From Selaginella moellendorffii (Eukaryota; Plantae; Lycopodiophyta), in the NCBI RefSeq assembly GCF_000143415.4, contig NW_003314297.1, positions 1,155,430 to 1,219,429 on the forward strand: 64,000 nucleotides of DNA, read 5' to 3'. Positions within the stretch are counted from its first letter, which is position 1. Each line of letters opens with the position of its first letter. This document shows positions 34,951 to 47,100 of this stretch, piece by piece. The notes beneath the pieces are model-generated. The model made no database searches, was not told the origin of the DNA, and saw only the letters and a program-made list of their open reading frames with translations. Both the position numbers and the translations under genes were made by a program.

Positions 34951-35457
34951 ACTCCGTCGGCAAGGAAGAGCAAGGACGCGCACTATTAAATAACACCAAC
35001 ACACGAAGATATTAGAAAAGCAGAGACGATCATAGAGGACTTACGACGCGACGCGGGGAAGTTTTTCAAGAACGTTGGAACATCGTAAGTCTTTCTTCGC
35101 ACGAATGAAGCTCTTCTTATGTGTAATAATTTTGCAGGATGCGAGCATCAATCGAAACACTGCGACAACAAGCAAGTAGAGACGTGCGAACGAAAGTTGT
35201 GTAGAAAGTGTGTCGAATTTAATGCACATCTGGTAGTAGAATACTGTTCACTGTTCTACTCACCGCAAAACGCCAGCAATCTTCTGGACTGTCTGTATGC
35301 TCTTCACGGAAGAGAAGAATGGAGAAAAACGACAGCTGAGGGAAATAGCATCCTGGAGCAGAATTTGGCTGTAACAACACGACAGCTCTTGTAAGAAAGA
35401 TATTTATATTTTTGGTCTTCAAAATGACAGCAACGGCCCATACCTGTCGTTGTGTGA

Positions 35458-36855
35458 CTAATCTGGAAGCGTGGGGCTCCTGGAGCAGGCATCCAGTTGA
35501 TGGACCTCCCTGAGCCTCTGTTCGGGGTTGCACAGCCCTGCTGTGTCAAGCAGAAAAGTTGTAAGTGTAAAGTTAAAGTCATTTTCAAATAAAGCTTGCA
35601 AGAATTTGCACTGGCCTGAGCACTTTGGAATGTCCCAAACGGCAATGGAGGTCGGAGTACACGTCTGTTCACACAGCGCTCGGTTGTCTTCGTGGTTGAC
35701 GTTCATTGCCAACATCCAAGAGCCCAAGGTCACGTCCTCGTTTGTGAACATGCGAAAGCTGTTAAGAAAGGGTTGCAATTAGTCGCGAAACGCGAAGCGA
35801 GCATGGTACCTATCATTGCGAGCAATAGCCAGAGCAGCGACTACCTCTGATGATAACGCATAGATTGGTCCGTAAGCGTGTAAGAAGTATTCGCTGCCAA
35901 GTAAATATGCCAGAGGCTCGTACCTGTATTCCGCGGAACTAGACGCGTAAGCGAAATAGAAAATTTATGAAAGACTCATACCACTTCTGTCTGGAATCTG
36001 TAATGACAGGTCCTTTCTTCATACATCCCAAGTATGTTCTCGGTGTCGATCTATCCTTGGCTAGCAAAGTTGCAAGCCGGTCTGCGCAAGAAAAATAAAA
36101 AGGAAATAGCAAAATGTTTACTTGCATTGTCAAAACAACTTAACATACCGGTTCTCAAATAGATATCATCGTCTGCTTTAACATAGAACTCGGCATCGAA
36201 GAGCATATAAGCGGCCTTGAAATACGCTAGCCTGCGCATGGAAGAACATGGCATAAAAGAAAAAGAAAAAACAAGCTTTGAGCAAGCATACGTCTTGTGT
36301 GTGAGTTTCAAATATTCTTCTTCGATATCGATGCGTATAAAATCCTTGTAAGTTTCGATCTCCTCCTCCAGCTCCTCCATTTTTCTCTTGTCAGCTGTGT
36401 GTCCAATGATAAATCGTATGGCAAGTCCTGTCGATTGCTGTAAGCTGGAAAGCAAATCGGAAAAAAAACATCTAACCGAAGAAAGCAAAACGAGCACGAA
36501 CTTACGAAACCAGTCCCTCCGGAGAATCAGGCATCCAAGTCTCCCTCAGCGCCTTGCGCCTCTCTCGCGATCCAAACCCTGTCTGGATCCCAACCACGCC
36601 CAAAACCTTTGGCCTCGATTCCAGCGGCTCCTGGAGAACACCCGACCTCCACGCCTCGGAGGATCGAAACGTATCCTCGACCTGGTGGCATGGCGCTGGC
36701 CCCCAGCCGAATCTCCCCGGCGCCACCAGCAGCGTTAGCAGCACACCAAGAACAAACGCCGCGAAAATCCCCGCGCCCGATCGCAAGCACACCGCCCTGG
36801 CCCTGTAAATCTGGAATCTCAGCGCGGGGAGCTTCTTCCCTGGAGACGATGGCAT
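35458..36855 (-). CDS. GT31 beta-1,3-galactosyltransferase (type II membrane protein)
   Basis: [73 protein letters not shown] and [13 protein letters not shown]. Confidence 0.93.
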
Positions 36856-37009
36856 CGCGCTTCAGCTGCGCGGGCATTCCTACCCCGGATCCACAAACCC
36901 TAATCGCGCAATGGCGAATATTTGGCATTTATCGAATCGGACGGATATGCTTTGACCACGAGGACCGTTGGAGTTTCCTTTTTAGAGGTTAGGGTTTGGC
37001 GTTTTAGTG

Positions 37010-38848
37010 ATGAGGTTTGCGCTCAAGGCGGGAGGAGGCGATGGCGCGCGCTGTGGCGTCATGAATTTTGGGGCGGCGCTGGCGCCTGTGGACACGCCGT
37101 GCCTGCTGCTCTCCACGCGCCGAGGTTTGCCATCGTTTGTCTCTACGGATTTGCTGCCGGAGCTCCATCCAGATGCGCGCGTTCTTCACGTCAATCCAGT
37201 GCATTTGTAAGCCCCGCATTGATGTTGTTTCGCTTGTGCGTGGTGTTTTCATTTGGCATTCATAGGTTTGTGTTTTCTTGCTTGCTTCTCCATTTGCATT
37301 CATAGATTTCTTGCTCGCTCGCTCGCTTCGCTTGTGTGATGTTGTCAGTGCTGGATAGAGTCTTCTTTCCATGATTTTCTTTTTCTTTCCAAGCCTTGAA
37401 GGTCCACCAGTGAGCACAATCCATGAAATTGGTGGAGGACACAAGCTACTTAACTTGCAAGGCAACGCCCTTGTGTCCCTCGCCAGAGACTCAATCGTAA
37501 GCGAACCCGACGGAGAAGGGAACACCAAACTTGGTGCAGCCTTTAATACATCGTCCGGTCGCCGTGTGGTGAGCATCACGACGCTGGTTCTTTTATTTGA
37601 TCCGTTTTAACTGGTGGGATTTTTTAACTAGATTGGTCCTGCAAAGTACATGGAACTTGTCAACGCATTGAAGCCAAATGTGTGGGCTTCAATAGCGGAC
37701 GAGCTTCCCACCTGGGTTTCCCAAAGGCGGAATAAGCTCTCAGTGGATCGGACTCTGCAGTGGCTTGATAAATGCCTTGGTTTGCAATCTGTATGACTTC
37801 GGACAAGTATTTTACTTAGTAATCTAGTATGATGGTTTGTAGGTTGGCGAAAATACATCTTTTGGAACCATTGTAGGAGGTGCAAGCATAGAAGAACGAA
37901 AGCGATCTGCTTCAGAGACTGCTAAGAGAAACGTCTCAGGCGAGTACATTTTCATATTCTAGAACTTAGTCTCTGTATTCGTTTTGCATTTTTGTGATGA
38001 CTCCTTGACTATAGGCTTTTTCATAGGCGGCTTTGGACTTGGGGAAAGCCCAGAGGATCGTTTGACATTGCTGCAAAGTGTTACTGTAAGCTAAATGATA
38101 TCATTTGATAGATATAGATTTTGATTCATGCAACTGGCGTTTGAGGTGTTTTCTGTGCTCTCTAGGATTGCTTGCCGAAAGACCTTCCACGAATTATCAG
38201 TGGCCTGGGAATGCCAGGTATATCGATGATTTATCGCATTCCAACTTGTGTGACTAATCCATTGTGCCAGAGGAAATTTTGCAAGCAGTCTCTACTGGTG
38301 TCGATATCTTCGACAGCACCTACCCGCATACACTGACCAAAGGAGGCTATGCAATGACCTTTCCACTGTCGATGGACGAAAAGCCGTGGAAATTTTCTCT
38401 GGAAGATGGAGCCGAGCTCGGTGCAGACTTCACGAAAATAAACCTCCGATCAATAGCTTACAGGTATTACTATATGTCCAACTTACGTTATGTCCTAGAT
38501 AGTGTTTTCCGGCTTAAAGTGTGGCTGATGCTTATAGATGCGACGTGACTCCCCTCAAGCCCGGTTGTACCTGCTATACATGCCAAAAGCACACGAGAGC
38601 GTACATCAATCACTTGCTAAACACACACGAGATGGTTGCTCAAACTTTGCTTGACATGTAGGCTTTCTTTTCCTAATTTTCTGGAGCTTGCGTTGACGTT
38701 ATTCCTTTGCAGGCATAACATTCACCACTACCTCTCGTTTTTCCAAGCAATACGCGATGCGATATGTGGCTCTTATTTTGAAGAGTTTCAGCACTGGTTT
38801 ATTGGTCAAAGGCGATATTGTGAAAGCGAGGTACACGCTGTAGTCTAA
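37010..38848 (+). CDS. QTRT2: Queuine tRNA-ribosyltransferase accessory subunit
   Basis: ARCG...[19 protein letters not shown]...[35 protein letters not shown], and Zn site [21 protein letters not shown]...HN. Confidence 0.85.
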
Positions 38849-39225
38849 GCTTATCTGACACGAAAACGCCTTGTTGGAACCTCCCAGTGTTTTGACGTGA
38901 ATGTCAGCTTGCTTACACCGGAAGCCGCTAACATTTTATGAGCGAGGTACAAGATTCTTTCCGGGGCTAGAGCTTACCACGTGTTCTTGTAATTACCAAG
39001 TTGTCGCTGGAATTAAGCTCTGAACACAAAGAGGCAAGAATTGGGTGAAATAGTTTTGTTTGTCGCTCTGCAATATTCTGGACTAAATGCTCTTGTTTGC
39101 TCCTGTTCATTCGTCAGGAATCAGATGGAGGAATGCTAACTAGGCGATTATCCTGAAAGCGTCCCGAGGTACACACACATACTCGAAGGGAAAGAAATTT
39201 GGATCTCTCAAGTGACAAGACAGTA

Positions 39226-39827
39226 ATGATATCAGAGCCTGAAGAAAACGAGACCAGACAGGCCAGGAAATCCGAGGTCGAGCAGTGTAGTCAGGATTTT
39301 GTTGCCGTAGATGTGGACGAAACGGCTCCATCAGCAATTAAGCAAGAACTAGAGAGGCTACACGAGCGACGCCCGGACAGTCTCGAGTCCAATGGAGCAG
39401 CAGAAGGCAGAGTTTGCAGAGTGTGCCATCTTCCACTCGAGGCCGATGTCTCGATCGAGCTCGGCTGCTCCTGCAAGAACGAGCTAGCGGTCGCTCATCA
39501 ACGCTGTGCAGCGACGTGGTTTACGATCAAGGGCAGCAAGTAAGCAAGCTCAAAGCTCTCATTTTCTTCGCATTTCTCTAGTGTTGTTGAAGTTTTCCTT
39601 ACTCCAGGACATGCGAGATATGCGGCCGGGCCGCCGAGAACGTAAGCTTTGATCGCGCCATCGCTCGAAGACCCGATCATCTCGTCATGAGCGTGGAGCT
39701 CAATGTGGAGATGCAAGAGGAGAACTCCTACACCGTCAAGCGTGCTCTTTGCAACTTGCTGCTGTCGCTGTGCGTGGTTATCCCGTTCTTACCGTGGCTC
39801 TTCCGGGTACATTTGCTCAAGCTATAA
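39226..39827 (+). CDS. RING-CH (RINGv/MARCH-type) E3 ligase with C-terminal TM, copy 1
   Basis: CRVCH...LGCSCKNELAVAHQRCAATWFTIKGSK|TCEICG and C-terminal CNLLLSLCVVIPFLPWLFR. The start codon is uncertain. Confidence 0.85.
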
Positions 39828-40413
39828 AACTTTTCATTGCTATCGCCCCAGGGAGGTACTTAAAATCTCGATCGAAGCTTTTCCAATCCATTTCTTTCCA
39901 GCTCGCTCACAGGGACGATCAACATTGCAACAACAGGGACAGTCCAGGAATCTTCTTTGGTTTTTTTGGTTTTTTTTTTCTTTAAACAGCTTAGCTTTTG
40001 TTTTTGGCTCGCTCTGGACAAAACAAGACAGGGACTTTAACAGGAGCGTACGAAAGGCGTGTTGTACTCACGTACTATTCCGTGACACGGAAGAAATGCA
40101 CGGAATCTACGTGGTGGGTTTAAAGTTAATAATGCGGCTTTTCCTAAGTTTATACGCAGAGAAAGAGTTCCAAATAAGTCCTCTTGGAAGAGGTACAAAT
40201 TAGGGTGCTGTGTGGGTAGATCTACTGCTATTTATTTTCCTTCCCTATTTTGACGAGGTAGTTTTTTTTTCGCTCTGCTCTCTTGGATAGGGGATGAATA
40301 TTCTCTCTATCTCGCTACATGGAACCACAACGACGCGAGAAGCATTGATTCTCCTCCTCTTTGCGTGTTCTTGAGGAATCGATCGATGCTTGCGTGCTGC
40401 TGAAGAGGGATTT

Positions 40414-41397
40414 ATGGGTGATTCCCGGCAGGAAAATGCCACAGATTTGCAGCATGCAGTGGAAGAATTGGATGAGAGGAAGGAGAAGATCGGGAGATCT
40501 CCCAGCCAGGAGCTGGAATCAACATCTTTGTCCTTACCAGCGCCAAGTATCGGTGATGTCTCGGCCGGATCAAAAGCGCAGGATCCAGAGGGGGGATTCG
40601 TGGCAATAGAGATCCAATCCCTCTCCACAAATCCTCCGCCTCCACCGACGAAAGGGGGTTTTGAAGAACACAAGCCACCGCAGCCCCTCGGTGGTGGGGA
40701 CGAGGAAGACGCCAGAATTTGTAGAGTGTGCCATCTCTCGCTCGGCCTGAAGCGCTCCAGCGATCACGAGGAGGATCCAGGCGATCCAGTCGACGAGGGG
40801 ATCGCCTCCAGCCCAATTGAGCTCGGCTGCGCGTGCAAGGACGATCTAGCATTCGCGCACCGCCGCTGCGCAGAGACTTGGTTCAAGATCAAAGGCAACA
40901 GGTACGAGACTTAGAAAAAAAGAGTTTTTGCTCCTCGTGTCCCCCGCCGCGATTCAATCCAGCATTGAATTAATGGAATCCCCGATTTGGGTCCGCGGCA
41001 ATCATCATCCCAGCCGGACCCAATTGCGCAGGGCAGGAAATTCGTCTCGCCGGATCGGCGAGCCCGAGTGCCTCCCCTGCTTCCCCGGTTTTTAGGGTTT
41101 ATGTTCTAGTTTATTGGGCTGTTCTTGCGTGTTTCTCCCGCGTTCTAAGGATTTGTTTGCTGGTTTTGCAGGAACTGCGAGATCTGTGGCCAGCTCGCCC
41201 ACAATGTGGCTGCTGGCGCGGACGATTCGAGCTGCGGGCGACACAGCGACGAGCAATCGGACTCCATATTCGAGCGGGCGGGCGATCCCCATCGCCCACG
41301 CAGCTTCTGGCAGCACAGGCCCATTTGCAACTTTGTGCTCGCCTTCATCGTCGTCATCTTGCTCCTGCCCTGGCTCTTCCGGATCCGCCTCTTCTGA
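40414..41397 (+). CDS. RING-CH (RINGv/MARCH-type) E3 ligase with C-terminal TM, copy 2
   Basis: CRVCH...LGCACKDDLAFAHRRCAETWFKIKGNR|NCEICG and FWQHRPICNFVLAFIVVILLLPWLFR. The intron is at the same position as in copy 1. Confidence 0.9.
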
Positions 41398-41517
41398 TTA
41401 CAAGAAGTATGAATCACCCTCCCTTTGTTTAATGGCGTTAAGTTGACATCGATTTTCTCCTTGATATTTTTTGTTTGAATATCTCGTTCGCTAGCGTTAG
41501 ATTACGATCGTGATCGA

Positions 41518-41722
41518 CATCGACGTGGGAGTGTAATTGATATAAGAACAAAAACCTTGGCTTGTCATTAGAATGATCTATTAGTTGAAAGAAAGTTTAA
41601 ATCAAAGTTGAAAAGTAGTTAACCCTAACATCGATGTAGGAGTGTAATTGATATAAGAACAAAAAATTTGAATGATCTATTAGTCGAAAAACTTTTTAAA
41701 TCAAAGTTGAAAAGTAGTTAAC
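41518..41722. repeat. Two-copy ~110-bp tandem duplication, each unit carrying a USE-like motif on the minus strand
   Basis: catcga(c/t)gt(g/a)ggagtgtaattgatataagaacaaaaa...aaatcaaagttgaaaagtagttaac starts at 41518 and at 41629. Confidence 0.8.
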
Positions 41723-41748
41723 TTTAATTTAAAATTCCTTTGGTTCCT

Positions 41749-41790
41749 GCCTAGGGCTTCCAAAAATTCTCGACGGCCTCCCGACGAAGA
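41749..41790 (-). pseudogene. Truncated duplicate of the U4 snRNA 3' domain including an Sm site
   Basis: The minus strand reads TCTTCGTCGGGAGGCCGTCGAGAATTTTTGGAAGCCCTAGGC, versus TCGGGAGGCCGTCGAGAATTTCTGGAAGGCCCGCCCTAGGC in the adjacent U4. Confidence 0.75.
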
Positions 41791-41812
41791 TTTCAACTTA
41801 GATTTAAAATTT

Positions 41813-41962
41813 GTAGGCCCGAGCCTAGGGCGGGCCTTCCAGAAATTCTCGACGGCCTCCCGAAGGAGACACGAAGAGGGGGTTTGGAAATAGTTTTCAA
41901 CCAGCAATTGACGCGTCTCGGTAAAACCTCATGAACTGCGTCATTGCCCCAAGCGCAAAGAT
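41813..41962 (-). ncRNA. U4: U4 spliceosomal snRNA
   Basis: The minus strand reads AUCUUUGCGCUUGGGGCAAUGACGCAGUUCAUGAGGUUUUACCGAGACGCGUCAAUUGCUGGUUGAAAACUAUUUCCAAACCCCCUC..., the plant U4 5' sequence. Sm site AAUUUCUGG, terminal hairpin GGCCCG...CGGGCC, and 3'-box-like AGTTGAA downstream. Confidence 0.96.
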
Positions 41963-41988
41963 AAGATTTCTACCGGGCCGGCGCGGGG

Positions 41989-42035
41989 TTTTATACACCA
42001 CCCCTGGCACAATTCCACGCCCCGGCTAGTGGGAT
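41989..42035 (-). promoter_or_regulatory. snRNA promoter: USE-like element plus TATA box
   Basis: ATCCCACTAGC (42035-42025; consensus RTCCCACATCG) lies about 30 bp upstream of TATAAAA (41995-41989), which is about 30 bp upstream of the U4 start. Confidence 0.75.
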
Positions 42036-42253
42036 AGGTCATGCTGCCGCAGTATATCCCTACGTATATATTCTAGCCAGACCTAGAAGAATATGCCCGG
42101 AAATGTTCTTCGCGCGAGTCATGTGACCGTTGGAATTCTCATGTCCGTCTTAAAAGTATTTGGCTTTTAGGTCTGCGAGAATCCGGAAAGAGGGCTTTGG
42201 GATCGATCGATCGAGAGGGTTTTCTCTGCTAGCACAGGCATCCGGATCCAGCA

Positions 42254-42484
42254 ATGTGTTTCGTGGGCAAGGCGTGCAAGCTCATCTATTGCCTTCTCAT
42301 CCTCGTGATCGTGGTGGTGGCGGTGATGGGCGTCCATTGGGCGAGGCACTGGGCGGATCACGTCAAGCACACCTGCGTCGATGGATACTCCCTCTCCGGC
42401 AAATGCGTTCCAGCGCCGCCCCCCGCCGCTCCTCCCGCCGCGCTCGTCAATTCCACATTGTCCATCCGCCGCGGCCTCCGATAG
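42254..42484 (+). CDS. Small (76 aa) protein: signal-anchor/TM helix, Cys pair, Pro-rich tail
   Basis: MCFVGKACKLIYCLLILVIVVVAVMGV...HTCVDGYSLSGKCVPAPPPAAPP. High GC3 and good Kozak context. Resembles an uncharacterised plant 'MC(Y/F)VGKA.K' family from memory. Confidence 0.7.
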   Translation: MCFVGKACKLIYCLLILVIVVVAVMGVHWARHWADHVKHTCVDGYSLSGKCVPAPPPAAPPAALVNSTLSIRRGLR

Positions 42485-42667
42485 CTAGGGTTTATGCGAT
42501 TGCTTACTGTTTGATCTGTTGCTGGCTGGCCATTCCGCGCCGGAAGTTCTAGTCCCCGACGTAATCTATCGGCAAATCTTAGCCGTCTAAATTTGAAAAT
42601 TCCGAAGCCAATCAAAATTAGGTCTATTTTTTCTTTTCCTTGGTCACTGTTTCTTCGCTTGAGAGAA

Positions 42668-44058
42668 ATGGGACGATGCCGCCAGGGCGGATCGATCGGG
42701 CAGGGCTCCTGGTACTGGATCCGGGACAAGAAGAGCCGCGGCGCCGGCGATTCCAGCGGATTGGTAGTGATGATGGCGTGGATGTTTAGCAACAAGAGGT
42801 ATCATATGCCCTACGTCCATCTCTTCAACGAAATTGGCTGGGAATGCCTCGTTTGTCAAGCGCATTTCCTCAATCTGTAAGCTCTCGCTTTGTTTATCTC
42901 TTTCTTTCGTCGCCAGACATGATTTTGCGTCATTTTGGTAGATGGTTTCCCACCCGAGCTCTTGCAATTGCTGTGAAGATTTTGGACGAGCTTGTAGAGG
43001 TATTCTCCTTCTCCAGGGATGAACTTGAGACCATTTTCTTATATGCAGGAGCTTAGCAAAAGGCCCAGGCCAGTAACTTTTACTTCGTTTTCTGGAGGCA
43101 TGAAAGCTTGCACATATATGATCATCCAGGTGTGTCCTTTCCATTACATTTATTCCTTTGCGATCATCGTCTTCGGGTCACTCAGATTCTACAAGGAAAA
43201 CGTCCACAAGGTTTCACGGGCGATATGGTATGCTGAAAGTTCTTCCCAGCTAAAGGCGGTTTTATTTCAATTCTTTTCTTCAGGAAAAGTACAAGATTGT
43301 GAGAGATTGCACAGCAGGCTACATATTCGATTCCACTCCTATCAACTTTGTGAGTGAGACTGGGATTCGCTTCGCCAGGCGAATGCTTGGGACCAGTGTG
43401 GGGAACAACTTCGCGGTGAAGTTTGGCCTGGAGAAGAGCGGCCGAGCTCTCGAGTCTATGTTTAGCTCCAATTTCGAGCAACAGGGAGTCGAGCTAAATG
43501 ACTCGTTCTACGCCGCCGTGGTATTGTAGAACTTTCGTATCGCATGCAAGTATATCTCATTGTCGTCCATGCAGGAAATGGCACCGGCTTTGTTCTTGTG
43601 TTCAAGAAATGACGATTTAGCTCCATTCGACGTTATCGAAAAATTTGTCTCCGAAGTGCAAGGCCAAACTTTCAAGAAGGTGACTTTAGTTCACTGGGAA
43701 GAGTCTGATCACGTCGGTGAGTTTTTAGTTTCCTTTCACTCTGGATCAAGCTCACTCGCTTTTGTTGTCCGCCACAGCACATTTGCGACACCACACCGAA
43801 GATTACAAACGAGCTGTATCAAAGTTTCTCTGCGAGGTTTCTGGTGGTTCGATGGAACAAACCAAAGGATTAATGGCCCAAGAACAAATAGAAGAAGTTA
43901 AGCAACACCACCTAGAAGAACGGACTGTGAAGAAGCTTGAGGATGTTGCAAGCATGATCGTAGAAGACGTTTTTGATCTGCAGCACGACTTTAAAGACGA
44001 CAGTGCAGTAAAAAAGAGGATCATATTAACGTTTCCTGTTATGCGATCAAGGCTCTAA
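42668..44058 (+). CDS. DUF829/TMEM53-like alpha/beta-hydrolase-fold protein with PTS1
   Basis: GLVVMMAWM, PVTFTSFSGG, GYIFDSTP, LFLCSRNDDLAP and WEESDHV.HLRHH. The C-terminus is -SRL. Confidence 0.85.
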
Positions 44059-44299
44059 AAGAAGCTAAATGATATTTTACATTGTATATAATCAAAGACT
44101 TAACAGCTCCTTATTACCAACAAAACAAGAAGAGGTACCCCCAAACTTCTCCAACACAAACACTTAAATTAGGATACAGTGTGTTTTCATGACCTTTATA
44201 AACAGCTAGATCAACCAGTGTATCGGTTAACATATGGCCTTCCATACAGTGGACAAAGTGTGCTTTATTATTGACTGTTTTATTTGAATCAATCACAGA

Positions 44300-44470
44300 T
44301 TAATTGAATTATAAATGACCTAATCATGAGTTTATTGATCAATTCATGAATTGATTGATCTGTTCATGATTTAATTGATCAATTCATGCTATTGAATTGA
44401 TAATGTTGATTGATAAATTCATGATTTCAAGATTAATCAATTGATTTTATTAAGGTTAATATAATCAATT
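44300..44470. repeat. AT-rich degenerate short tandem repeat
   Basis: Recurring ttgatcaattcatga / attgat units. Confidence 0.5.
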
Positions 44471-44899
44471 AGCACGTGGACTTTACAGTGCCACAAGGGT
44501 TTTATAGCTGCCTGTGTTATGCTTCACTCAGTCCACGAAATTGCAAATGTGGTGCAAAGTTCGTTATTGTACTTTTTTTTATTGGCTGTGGAGACTTGAC
44601 TACAAAAGTCCATCTTTACAAAAGAAGAGACTTTCCAACTCTAATGAAACAAAATCAAATGCCTAAATACCTTGTTGGCCAGTGCTATGGCGGCCATGCA
44701 GCACAAAAACCCAAGCTCAAGCCATTTCTGCAAGTAAAGAAAGCCTCATTTTTGAGATAAAAAAAATGGCTTAAAGAATTCCCCTTCGAGGTGAGCCACA
44801 ACAATCATGCGAGCATGGCCGTGGCTAGGGAAAATGCCATGGCCATGGTGCTGGCCTTGACCCAAAACACCTCAGCCCTTGTGTCCAGCCATTTGTGTG

Positions 44900-47100
44900 G
44901 GTTGGTAGTGCAATAAGATGTTGCTAACACTTGCTTAAGCAATTTGAGTTTCTTTGTATTGTTGACTAGGATTTATTCAGATTGGTTAGCGTGATAGTTG
45001 GCATAATTAATTGTTTGTGGGTTTTATCACATTTATTGATTGTTGCTCGAGTTAGTTATGATAGATTAAGATGTTATTTACTTCAAATGATACATTCACA
45101 AGTATTGTGCTTATCGATTAATGATACTTTGTGTTCTTTAAGTTATCTTTGGTAAGTTGTTTGGCATACTGTCTACAATTTTCGATAGTTAAATTTTCTC
45201 ATTGAGTTTTTTCGATGATACACTGGCTATTGAATTTTGTTGAATGATGAATCCTATGTGTTCTAAACATGATGATCTTGGTGGTTTCTGTACTCTTATA
45301 CTCATTTATCAGATGATAACTTACTTGGAATACTTTTGTGTTCTAATTTAAGATTTCTTCATTGATAATTAAGTCTTTAAGATATCATTGTCTATGACTT
45401 TGATATTGTCCACTATTAATCTTTGAGTTTGGGCCAGTATAGGTAGACTGGCTTTAGCACTTCGTGTGCATGGTGAAATCTTTAATCATGGGGTAGCTAC
45501 TGTCGATTGGTCACATAACCCGCCTCTCTATCGATGTTCCTTATTCCGTTAAAAGGGCGTGACCATATAAACAACTTTAACTGCTTGTTTACAGTAGTTT
45601 ATCTAAACCTTACCGACAAGTTTGGTTTCTTTGCTCAGAAAGTTAGGGCCTCTGGCTTCTCTCTCTATGTCTTTATAGGTAGAGGTGTATCACACTTTTG
45701 TAAGCTGGGTGACACCTAGAGTAGCAAGGGTGGCTAAATTTATTAGACATTTCCTTGTCGGCGACGGCTGGAAGGTGTTTGAGCTAGTAGTGCATCTGCG
45801 TTAGACAAAAAGGTTGCCTCCTAACTTATTTAAGTTGGTGCATTTCTCACATAGTGTGATCACTATGAAATTTTTCTGGAGTTGTTTCTTTGGCAGTGGT
45901 CTAAACTCGAGTATACATCGATGAGGACCTTGATCTTCCCTAGGGGGGGAGAGTGTCGCAAGTGTGACTTCGGGTATCGAAAGTTACCTATCAGCTAGTC
46001 CTTATGAACACTCTTTCCTTACTGCCATGATGGCAAGAGGTCGGTATTGCTGGACCCTTTATTAGTCCCTCTTGTTCACGTGTTAGTAAACTGGACTTTG
46101 CATCTTTATTTGGCTAGACGAGCATAAGGAAGGAATTCCTAAGTGTCTATTTAGCCAAGCATAGCTTCTTAGTTTTCTTTTGCTCTATTTTGCACTGGTT
46201 TGACAAGAACCCTTACGTATTAAGATTAGTCCCTCAATATCGCTGAATGATAGCTTACCGTATCTGTTAAACACCCTCACTATCATGCCCTTTATGTTAG
46301 TCTCATTTCGGTCCCAAATACTATTTATGGAAAGTGTTCAGATTTACTCATTTGGCATATTTACGAAATGTAGAGATTGTCTTGAACACAATGATGTTTG
46401 TCCCGTGTCTAAATTCACAATCTAAAGACATTCCATATTTAATAAGTTTTGAGCTTGTCCCAGAGACTAACTCTTGATACTAAGGGAGGCTTGGGGTGAA
46501 AGCCCAAAGCATGTGTTCCTCAGGGGGGGAGGGTGTGGGGGGTTCCAAATGTATAATAGGGATAGTGGGTAGATTGGGCATAGCTGACCAACCTGAGGCA
46601 TAGTTTAACTCCCGCTTGCGTGCCTGTCCTTGTTTTGCATCCGGCTTGGGTCTAAGCCCAAGTTCCATTCCATGTTAGCTGGTGGAGTACCCATGTCCTT
46701 GCGTTAGGCCACTAGTATGTTGAAATAGCACTATACTCTATTTGGCTCTATTTTGCGTGTTGGTCCTAGCATTAGAATGCTGGTTGCTCTAAGACTGATC
46801 TAAGTTTCTCCGTGCTCTTATTCCTTGCTCCTTGGGCTGTACACTTAGGAGTTGTTCCGTGATCCAGTGCTATTACTCCTTGGCTCCATGCTTGGGAGTT
46901 TGGCACCATTTCTTCATTCAGTGGTCTAAGGCCCTGAAATTTGGGTTCCACACCACTGTCCTTTGAACATGTGGCATGTGATACATGGCATATAACACGT
47001 GGCACATGAAGGGTATAGGTTCTATTTCATGGTTATTCTATGGTATATCACCATAGGATAACCCCCCCCCCCCCCCCCCCCCTCCTTCTGTTGCTATTAA
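44900..47100. mobile_element. Decayed LTR-retrotransposon debris
   Basis: Two polypurine-tract-plus-TGT junctions (AGGGGGGGAGAG-TGT at 45942-45956; AGGGGGGGAGGG-TGT at 46522-46536). No long ORFs and CpG-poor. Confidence 0.5.

Noticed and set aside
35119-35394. Cys-rich 91-aa ORF between the RLK and GT31
   Set aside because: Its start lies in an apparent intron (35085-35137) of the RLK 3' UTR, and the Cys spacing matches no finger I recognise.
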